Shown piece after piece: positions 47,829 through 58,231 of a stretch of DNA of 64,000 bases. Where the stretch lies: assembly GCA_964035575.1 (NCBI GenBank), contig OZ037846.1, positions 248,001-312,000 on the forward strand, written 5' to 3'. Under the pieces are notes generated by a model, which was not told the DNA's origin, made no database searches, and was given only the letters and a program-made list of their open reading frames with translations. Both the position numbers and the translations under genes were made by a program. The stretch is from Rhynchopus sp. YZ270_cl-10 (taxonomy: Eukaryota). Position 1 is the first letter of the stretch. The number at the start of each line of letters is the position of its first letter.

Positions 47829-50223
47829 CGTTGGGCTTTTGATCCTCACAAACCTTTGCTATGTGTGGAGCAGGGGTGTGTGGATGTGTGTTGTGTGCAC
47901 TGGTGGGTGGTGTGGGTTCTGTGTTGGGAGATGGACGCGGGGAACGAGGTGAGGTTTGGGAGACTCAACACAATAAAATTTCACTATTTTTTAAACATCG
48001 TATCCCTTATTGTTGTTGTTTTTACCCCCTCCCTCTTATTGTTTTTTTTTTTTTGAAATACGGTCGTGTAGCTACGTGCTGCACTACGATTTTATTTTGA
48101 TATAGAGCACCGCTACGGCGTATTTTGCGTTTTTTATTTTTTGAAAACTTGATTGTATTAGTGTAGACACCCGAGGATGAACTCCACTATACAAAATTTT
48201 CCCCTCTCGTCTTTCACCCCCTTTTTTTGTTTGGACTACGATTCATGTCAGTCTGAGAAAAGCAAGAACTACACCGGGCTCTCCCCTTACAAGCGCCTGC
48301 CGAGGTGCGCCCGCCAAGCGTGTAATCTCGCGATGGATCACATCATCCTGGTGTGGGGTTGGGGTTGGACTCGCTATTTTGCCAGAAAAAAATTTTCAAA
48401 ACAAAAAAAAAAATGCATCGACTTTCTCACAAGAAAGCAAACAATGCGAGATCTGCTGTACACAAAAAAAATATATATAAAAAAATAACAAAGTTGCGAT
48501 ACGAAAACCAGTGATAGGTATAGGCGATGGCCACGTGCTTGACCATCTATACGGTGTGATCCTGTTATCGAATTATCAAAAGAAAAGAAAAGAAAAAGCG
48601 AAGCTGATAGTGCAAAACACCTCTAGGGCATAAGGCACTTACTACATCTTAGCACATATCCGGTGATGTAACAATGATACAACATTAGAACTGTTGTTAA
48701 ATGAAAGTAGAGTTGAAATACAAATGCCCTCTCATGACAGTGTACCTTGGTACAATGACCGGCTGTACCGGGGGGGGTGGACACCCCAACCATGCAGTCT
48801 TACAATCCATTTCGTGGTTTACATCTGAATGAAATAACGTTTTTCTACACACCATCATATCATGTTTTCGAACGCCGGATGTGCGTCAAAAAAGTATTTA
48901 ATTGTTTCATATACTAACTATTCTACTGAATAGATGGTATAATAGGAGTATATAAAAAAAAAATATAAAAAAAACAGAAAAATTATAAGATGAATGACAC
49001 GCTCATGCTCGCCACCTTTTTAAAAAAAAAGCTCCCGCAATTTCATAAATGAAGATGCCTCACGTGTCTGCACATCCTAAAAGAGGGGGTGGGGCGTATT
49101 GGGAAGGGTGGTCAATGAAAAAAGTGGTAAAAAAAAACGAAAACGGGTTTCTCTCTGTATTGCTTTGGCTTTTGTTCCCCCCCCCCCCCCCCCCGAAAAA
49201 AAGCATTTTAATATTGCGAAGGGTGGGGAGGGAATGGAGGGGGGGTGCAAGAGAGAAATGAACAGAAACTGATTTTGAACCGAATACCGCAACAACACCC
49301 TTTTAACAAGGTGCACGCAGTGAGCTCTGTAGTACAGTGTCCAAAAAAAAGGGGGGGGTCGGGGGGGGGGGGGCGGGGGGAAGGCCCAGGGGAAGGGGAA
49401 GAGACGTTTCACAAAATAAAAATAAAAAGAGCAAATATTATAAGACGAGCCTTAGACTCGTGCTGGTCACCTTTAAAAAAAAATTGAGGGGAGATAGGGG
49501 GTTTGAAAAGTTTGTTTTATTTTGTTTTGTTTTTGCTTTTGCTTTTGCTACTTTATTTTTGCAGCGGGAGGGCAGAGGGGGAGGGAAGTGGGGTAATATT
49601 TTGAGGGGGGGTTTGAAAATGTTTGTTGTTATGTTTGTACTCTTTGTTTTTGCTATTTTGTGTTTGTGTTTGTTTAGCTTTTTTAGATCCTTAACCAAAG
49701 CGATGTGCGAACTTTAATGTATTTTGAGGGGGGGGGTGAGCTCCCTCATTTGTGTTCCTTTCATCGATAGTCACTTCGGCCTTTTGTGTTACAGTTCTAG
49801 CTACTGCAGGTAAAGGAAAAAGTGCAATGAAGAGAAAACTGTTTGTATTTTTTGTTTGTTTGTTTGTTTGTTTGTTGATAAATTGTTGAAGTAGTGTAGT
49901 TGCCTCGGTTGTGTTGCCACAGTTGGTGCAATCTCCACTTTCACTTTTTGTTTGTTTGCATTTTTTTGTCGTTTTTTTTGTTGTTGTTTTTTTTTGTTTT
50001 TTTGTTGTTTGGTCTTTTTTTTTTTTTTTTTGTTATTTTTTTGTTGCTAATTTTCTTTTCCTTTTCCTTTCCCCTTAGAAGGGCTTTGTTTTGTTTTTTT
50101 TTGTCCTTATATTTTCCCCACCCTCAAATTTTATATAAAAAAAAGCGTAAAAAAAAGCGTCAAAGGGTGCAATCACCCCAGGTTATCTTTCTGCTCTCTT
50201 CTTTGAACTCTGCTGCCCACTGC

Positions 50224-53141
50224 TCACACAAGCGGCACACCAACCTTGACGGCGTCGGGGAGGTCCACAAGGGTGCCGTCGTTCTGGAGCAGGCACTGCC
50301 CGGTCAGCTTGGCGTCACGCTGTGCGTACATGATGGGCGCGGGGAGTGCGACGGGGCCTGTCCAGTTGAAGTAGAGGCAGGCAAGGTCGTTGGCCATGCA
50401 CTGGTACTTGTCAGGGTGCAGGGTCTTGCCCTCGAAGACCAGGCATTTGTACTTAATCGACTGCGGGGAGCCGATGTTGGCTTCCTGCGACAGAAGGTAG
50501 AACTCCATGCCTCGCGGGTTCACCACACCGGTGTCCATCACCGTGCCCAGCATCGGCGCCTTGCTGACAGTGGCCTTCCTGATGTTGCCCTCGATGAAGC
50601 CGTCGATCGCAGCCACACGCATGTGGGAGTTGCGCAGTACAAGGAAGAAGACAATGTTCGCCTTTGCGCCCAGGTCCACCAGGACCTGGCGCAGAGCTGC
50701 AACCTCAAGCTCCATGATCAAAGGGATCTCACCCTCAGACCCACCCTCGCGGAAGAACACAATCTCGGCAGGGTACTTCCCCTTGTTCTTCGACTTGAAG
50801 AACTCCAGCTGCTTGCGGAACGGTGCGGCCAGGCTCTTCGCAATAGTGACCCCAGCGTCGATGATGGTGCGGTCCGTGGTGTACGCCTTCAGCTCGGTGT
50901 CGTAGGAGGACGCGATCGACATCACGCTCTTGCGCTCGCCACGGCCAGAGCCGTCACCAGCGTGCGACTGCGCAATGCCCACCGCCATGGTGCCTGGGAA
51001 GGAGCAGCCCTTCTTCTTCCAGATCAGGTTCCCGGCCTTGGTGTGGATCTGTGCGGCCACGTTGTTGCAGACGCTCTTCGTCTTGCTGCCCTGGAAGGAG
51101 GACGTACGGATCACCTGGCAGGGCACGCCCAGGCTCATGGCACCAGCCTTCGCTGCGTTGTAGGCGGGATCGTTGGTCTCGTCGGTCACGAAGAGGTAGC
51201 AGTCGGGGTTGCTCTTGTACTTCGCGAAGACGCTGTTGACGTCAGCCTTCGCGAAGCGGTCCATGTCGCACTGGCGGAATTCGGTAGGGGCGCTTGCGTT
51301 GCCGAAGTGCTTGATCGAGTTCCCCATGAAGCGGTTGATGTCCGCCCAGCTTGCCTTCGCACCCTTCGGGCACGCCACCAGAACCTTCTTCACCGGCACC
51401 ACGTTCTCAACGCATCCTGTGGTCGGGTTCTCGTTTCCAGGACGTCTGTCGATGTCGAACCTCCAGCTGGTGCCAGTCTTCGACCACGACTTCGACTGCT
51501 CAATCGTAGGGATGTCGAACTGGCGAGCATTCTCGATGACAAACCCTGGTGCAGCAGCGCACCCCCACAGAGCACCCAGCTCCTTAAAAGGACGGAGCAC
51601 GGCCGCAGCCATGTCCTTGATTTTTTGGAACCGGGGTCCCGGGCGCACAGCACAGCGCTCTGTCATGAGCTGGCGCACATCCGAGCCGTACACCTCAGGC
51701 ACAATACCCGTGAGGCGCAGAACAGACGGCAGGTAGTACTCCACCTGAGCCTCTTGGCCCTGTGTATGTGGGGTGGTGTGGTGTTGTGCTGTTACCCTGT
51801 ACATACCTGTCTCATGGGCTTGTTCGACACAAGAAGCGGCTGTCCCTTAGGCACCTTGATGCCGTACTGCTTCTCGAAGTACTCCTTCACGCTCTTGCCG
51901 TCAAGCTGTGGTTGTTGGTGTTATGTGATCTTTCCTCCTAATGCATTTGGGTTCCTTCGGATACGGATCGTACATAGCAAGGTACTATGCAAGGGGAATA
52001 AAGGGGGGTTGAGTAAAAGGTACCACCACACCTTCTCATCCAAAGGTGTGGTGTGGTGGTGCAGGCATACCTCCTTGAGTGGGGTGGACTCGTCCTTGGT
52101 GGGGTCGACGTCGTCGATGCGCACGGTGCGCTTCTTCTTGTCCTTCCCGTCGTAGACGGTCATGCAGATGGTGTTGCGCACCTTGAAGCGCAAGGTCTCC
52201 CTCGCCTTCTTGTCAGATGCGGCACCGAGGTTCAGCTCCTCATAGATGGTCTGCTTGCTGACGACTTTGTGCTGGACGTCGATCTGGAGGGCAAGCCCTG
52301 ACCCGAAGTTGGTGGGACGAAGGGTCAGGTGCACCCCAGGGACGACATCGAGCTTCCTGCCGGGGAGTGTCTCGGCCTTGTTCATGTCGAAGTAGGAGCG
52401 GTGGATCTTCTGCATCTCCCCCTGGTCAAGCACGCTGCGGAACAGCTTCGAGAACACCGTGATCAGGTCCTGTGTGATCTTGGTCGTGGTCACCTCGCGC
52501 ACAGACTTGACGGTCAGCTTGAAGGTGTCGCCAATCTTCTTCTGCCTCTCGTCAGAGGGGACAAAGATCACTTCCGTCTTCTTGATCTCCTCGTTCGCGA
52601 AGACAATGTCGCCGGCGATGATGCACGAGAACTTCGGGCCCATCTCCTGCTTCAGCGCCTCCTCCACAAGGCACCTGTGGGTCTTCCTGCTCTTGACCTC
52701 GGGGGACACCTTCACGTCGTACTGGCGGATGGTGGTGTTGTCCTGGAAGGTCAGCTCCACGGTGTTGGTCACCACATCAACCTTCTGACCTCTTGTACCA
52801 CTGGCCGGGTGTGGCACAGCGTCCAAGGCCTCAACCACTCTCTTGCGCGCCTGGTCGGTCTCCTCCTTCGACGAACGCTCCTGTGTGTAGCGGGGAGCCT
52901 TCTCACCAAACTCGTACACCGGCACGTAACGCTCGGGGTTGTGCGACAGCTTCTGCTGTGTGCGTACGGGGACGTCGGCAGGCGCACCCTTGCCGCCTCC
53001 TCCACCCTTGCCCTTGCCACCACCCTTCCCGTAGCCGCCCTTGTCGCCCTTGCCACCCCCCTTGCCGCCACCGTCCTTGCCCTTGCCTCCTCCCTTGCCG
53101 CCGTCTTTGCCCTTGCCTCCACCTTTGTTGTCTCCTCCCAT
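50224..53141 (-). CDS. PIWI-like Argonaute, predicted slicer-inactive; exons 52071-53141, 51807-51905, 50224-51759 (901 aa)
   Basis: N domain GTRGQKVDVVTN...RQYDVKVSP; PAZ SVKEYFEKQYGIKV..QPLL..YLPSVLRLTG; MID YNAAK..PCQVI..QIHTKAG; PIWI end LACLYFNWTGPVALPAPIMYA; two GT-AG introns. Confidence 0.9.
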
Positions 53142-53845
53142 TGTTTAGCTTTTTTTGTTTGTGGTTGTTCTGTAATGATGGGTAGTGTGGGGAGGTGGTG
53201 GGGTGTAGCTTTTTGGAACCTTGGTTGTAGTGCAAACGGAAGGGTTTGCGTTGTAGGTGTTGTTTGTGTCCATAATCATGGAAGGTACACACCTTGGTGC
53301 AAAGTTGCGGGCAAACGCATTGAAACGGTTTTTTTCCAAAAAAATAGTGAACGGCAAACGGTTGTCATTTGTGGACTGGTGTCCCGTTCTGAAGTGAAAA
53401 AAAAATACACCAAATGTGTCGGCATCGAGAGGCTGCGGTCACATCCCTTCAACACTGCGGGGTCGGGGGTGAGGGGGTGGTGAGTGGTGCGTGCCCAATT
53501 GATCACCTGACTGGTGTCTCCAACGAGGGCTCACTGGAAGACCAGCGGGAGCAGCTGTTAGAACGGCTGAGGGAAGACGAGGAGAGGCTGAAGCGGGATC
53601 GCGAAGCAACGACGTCGTGCACTCTCGTTGGGTAAGAACAGCATATTCTCTATTGTTACTCGATACATGACGGTTGTGGGGTGATTTGGGGTCTTTTTTC
53701 CAATTGGATTTATATTTCGTGTAATCATGAATTCGACACAGATTGGTACTAAACTGGACCAAACATTTCCCAAACACAGTTATCAAGAAAGGTCTGTTGA
53801 ACATGAAGCAAGTGCCAGATGTAAATCTGAGCAAACACAACAGTG

Positions 53846-55579
53846 CTACTTCACGGAACACATCTGAGAGCAACACACAACACTGCACGTCCCAGAAGGA
53901 ACTGCGTGTGCTGGTGTGCCAACCCCTCCCGCAGCTGTCCATGTCTTGGCAACGTCAAGGTCAGACTGCTCACCACGCAGGTACCCACGCACGGCAATGT
54001 TGTACTCCTCCCAATGCTTCTTCCCACCTATCATGTACATCCACTCGTCAACTGCTTCTGCTGGATCACGTAGCTGAGACATCACTTCCGCCACGACCTG
54101 TGCCTCACAGCCAGAGGCAACCTCCACCTTGCACGGAAGCAGACGCAGCTGGTGTTCGCACTCAGCATCGCTGAAGCACATCCTGTTGCACACCACATCA
54201 CACCCCAGCATACGCCCCACACGTTCCAGCCCGTTCACATCACGCACAAGCTCCCCCACCATGCTGAACCGACGCATCACCTCACAACCCATGTCACCAC
54301 GCAGCACCTTCCCAGTCGCAACACCAGCATTCACCTTCTCACAAAAGCTGCTCGCACCCTTCAGAAGCAGGCTTGCTGCGTGCAGTGCAGATGTGGCATG
54401 TGTCGCACACTGCTTCGAGGCGTTGAACGAACAGTGGATCCTGTCCCCGATGAACACGTCCACCATCCCACGTCTTGTCTCTGTTGCCTGCAGGGTCTTC
54501 AGGAGAAGAGTGGTGAAGAAGGAGGAGTAGGTCGCACTGTCCTTCTCCAGCAAATGCAGGGTGTCCTTCACGTTCAGTGTCAGCAGGGTTGTCTTCACCG
54601 AGGACAGACCCAGTGGCTGGCTCACTGGCATGGTCTCGAGTATGCAATGTGAGGACTCTGTGGATGTGTCTGCTGTCTCTGTCAGGTCATCGTGCTCACT
54701 GCTCCCTGCGCATGTTCTCTCCACCTCATCCTCAAAAGGCAGACACGTCTTCGGGAGGTACGCTTTGTACATGCGCAGGTTCTTCTCCAGTCTCCACAGG
54801 GCAGCAGTCATCCCCTCAGGCAGGTCACCCCCATGCACGTCCAGCATCTCCGCCACCTGCTCCACGTCGTACCCCGCAAGAAGCGACGCAATCTCCTGCA
54901 CAACCCTGATCGTGCGCCGCATTGACTCCTGCTCCTTCAGCACATTGTGCGCAAACCTGCGTGTCACGAAGAAGTCGATCAGGAAGACGAACATAGTGAG
55001 AAAGAGTTCAAGTGGGGGAAATGGTGTCTTGCACGGTAAGAACTCGCAGTCTGTCTTTTCCAGAATCAGCGCTCTTCGCATCACGATACAGTGCATGGTT
55101 CGTGGGTGCGACAGTGGTGTGGCTGTGTCTCATGTCATGCGAGGAATCCTTCAGGTTTGGCTTGTTTGACTTTCCTGGGTCGTTGCCGTACGAAGGTGAA
55201 CACAGCAGGCTTGCATCACAAGCAACATGTCCACAACCACGATCAGAAGTGGCCAGGCAAAGTAAGCATAAGTGCGTCCGTGCAAATCCCACATGAGGAT
55301 GCCAATGCCAACCGAGTACATACACCCCACCACAAATGTGGTGTGTAGTTGCTGCTTGCAGAGCACCTTCACCATGGCAACAAACCCAGCTGTGATGATT
55401 GTGCAAGCCCCGAGCTTGAAAACAATCTTAGTCTGCCCGTCGCTCTTCTGCTGCATCAACAAAACAACCAGAGTCGAGACTGCTGAGGCCACACAGAACG
55501 CAAACATGATGGTGCGCTTCTTCACCTCGTCAGCACTGAGAGACCCGTCAATGGTCAGTGCGCTGTTCAGGCACCGCAT
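53846..55579 (-). pseudogene. 6-TM pseudo-cyclase copy broken by an internal 134-bp inversion (55076-55209)
   Basis: The peptide ASRYSAWFVG...EESFRFGLFDFPGSLPYEGEHS reads on the plus strand; flanks are collinear with paralog 58231-59970. Confidence 0.85.
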
Positions 55580-56249
55580 CGTTGGGCTTTTGATCCTCAC
55601 AAACCTTTGCTATGTGTGGAGCAGGGGTGTGTGGATGTGTGTTGTGTGCACTGGTGGGTGGTGTGGGTTCTGTGTTGGGAGATGGACGTAACCAACACAA
55701 TCGGGGTACTTTGCACAGAACTTAAGCTCACACAGGTAACCAACTATACGTGTCTCAGTCCCATATGACAACACAGATCAGTGGCACCTGGTTTTGGCTG
55801 CTTACAAAAGCTCCCCCGCTTCAGGTTATTGTTCCGTTTAGCAAAGCGAGGAAAGACCTCATTTTTTCGTTTGCATTTCTAGGTGGGTTTTTTATGTGCT
55901 TGAACTATTTAAAAAAAAAAACAAGAAACATGACCCCGAAGATGGGATCTGTTGTAACGTATGTGGGGGGAGGGAGAACATGCAGACATCCCCCCGCCCT
56001 ACGCACGCACCTTCAAGAGAAACATTTGCAAGCAGAGTCTCGGCTTTTCGTTGGTCACCTGAAGATGCAGGCACCTTCGCTCAAAACTCTGTTGTACCGA
56101 AACGTGTAAGTAATATTTCGCTTGACGGAAACGGGATTAATCAATACACTACAGACGTTGGAATGCTGAAGTAATGAATGCATTCTCATCAAGAAAGGTC
56201 CGTCGAACATGAAGCAAGTGCCAGATGTAAATCTGAGCAAATACAACAG

Positions 56250-58231
56250 GGGGCAAGTGGACGGCAGGGGTCGGTTCAGGAAGTTTGTCAATTTTTTCTG
56301 GGAAATCGTGTGTACTAAAACCCCCACACCTCCCAAACCCGTACCGAACGCGTTTAAAAAATATTTTTTTGTTGTGTCGACAATCACCTGCTGGTGCAGG
56401 ATTTGTACTCAATGTCGCCCGAAGGCTATTGTACTTAAAAGATATAGACGGAGATCTTCCTCAACTCTGGAAAGTCGCTTTTATTTGTTGTTTGTGCATT
56501 CAAGTGCTGTGATATACATGTACACAAAGGTTGCATCATCAAAGTTTAGGGGACGGGGGAGGGTTAAAGGGGTCACGTGTAAAAATAAAGTAGTTGGTTA
56601 GAAATTTAGTGTATCATGTGTCAGTCCTAACTGCATACATTGGTAGTAGCAGAGGGGGACATCGTCAGTGCAAGACCCTCCGGGATGTAAAGAGTTTTAA
56701 CACTGTTGCTAATATAGGCTAGTTGACGCCACGGGTCGGTTTAGGAAATTTGTCCATTTTTCTGGAAAATCGTGTCCCATACCCCCCCATACCGCCCCCA
56801 AACCCTCCCGAACCCTCGCATACCCCACCATACCCTCCCATAGCCTTTTTTTTGGGGTAATCATCAGTGTTTCCGCGCTCCTTCATTGGGTACGATTTTT
56901 GATGAAGAATCGTGATTTTGTACATAAAAGGTAAATACGTCCCGAGCCCGGCGCGCTACGCGCGCCGGAAGTTAACGCAAGTTCGGGGCCTCCGGCGGAG
57001 AAACTAGAGTTCTGGCCCAAAAAACGCGTCCCAGCGCAGTCCCTGAGATTTCCAAAAAATAAAATAAAAAGGCGCGGTCGAGCCCGACCCGGAATGAGAG
57101 AATTCCTCGGGTATCCAACTGAGGAGTTCAACTTCATTGATATTTGAACCAGACACACGAATTATCAGTAACCTCAGTACGTGTACAAAAAGAAACGGTG
57201 GTCATAGCATCAAGGCTCCTGGCGAAGCCACGGTACGCAACATTTCAAAAAATTGCGCTTAAAATTGCACATTTTTACTGCCAAACTATGTCATGGGAAG
57301 GGTGTGATGCAAACTTGCGCCGCAGGCGCACGGTACGCTACTTTTTTTCTTTCGCCATGCTGCATGTTTCCTTTTCCTTCGGCGTTTGATCAATTGAGTC
57401 GCGTTCTGGCTGTGACGGGGTCACTTTGTTCATGAGGCCAGTTCTGGTCACTCTCAGAGGCTTATGTGGGGGATTTTTTTTTTTTTTTCGGGAATTTTTT
57501 TTTATTTTTATTTTTTTCCAATGAAGAATTCTTCACTGGAAAAAAATTTTTTTTTGGGATTTTTTTTTTTTTCGAAGAATTCTTCATCGGATTCTTCAGC
57601 GCGGAAAGTCTGGTAATCATACTCTGCCATACCCTGCCATACCGTGCCAAAAAACCCCCCCAAACCGTGCCACACCGTGCCATACCCTGCCCTACCCTTA
57701 CTAACCCTCTCAAACCCCCCCAAATCCACCCAAATCCTCTCAAACCCAAATGTCCGTGACGTCAACTAGCCTATATTATCAAACAGTCTTTGTCCTCCAA
57801 ATTCCTTTTCAATTGCCGTTTCAAAAACTAAAACCTTGACCTGTCTACACATAAATGAACGACTTGGGTTCTGTGAGCTCGCAACGAAGGTGTCACTCCA
57901 AAGACTGCTGCCCGTTGTTATATTATTTTTGATAAATCATCATCATCATGTCCGAAACCAGGGGATAACGTAGGTTTTGGGGGTTTTTCGGTGAACTCGG
58001 TCACACCTCTAGGTCGAGCCCGTGCACTCAGAGGCTCGTCTGAGGTACCAAACAAAAAAACCCCCCGATATTCCCAAGATTCTTTGAAGATTTATCATAC
58101 TTTTTTTTGTTTGTTTTCTGTCCTGACCGAATTTCGGTTAAGGCCAGGTGAAAACTCGGTCAGGCTGACCGAGGTTGACCGACCTACACCCAAACTCTCG
58201 CAAACCCAAACGACACTTACATCAACTAGCC
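56250..58231. mobile_element. Older non-autonomous TIR element inserted at the 3' end of the last cyclase-like copy
   Basis: Degenerate left end GGGCAAGTGGACG resembles 56717; right end TCAACTAGCC at 58222-58231; the flanks rejoin to the uninterrupted sequence seen at 53810-53870. Confidence 0.6.
56717..57771. mobile_element. Younger non-autonomous TIR element (GGCTAGTTGACG ends, TA/TATA flanks) nested in a related element
   Basis: TAATATAGGCTAGTTGACGCCACGG at 56710 and CCGTGACGTCAACTAGCCTATATTA at 57754-57778. Confidence 0.75.

Noticed and set aside
49170..50160. Poly-C, poly-G and T-rich tracts
   Set aside because: Low-complexity intergenic or UTR sequence with no specific structure supported
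49900..53483. 751-aa and 384-aa plus-strand ORFs
   Set aside because: Antisense to the GC3-rich PIWI exons; explained by codon bias and low-complexity flanks
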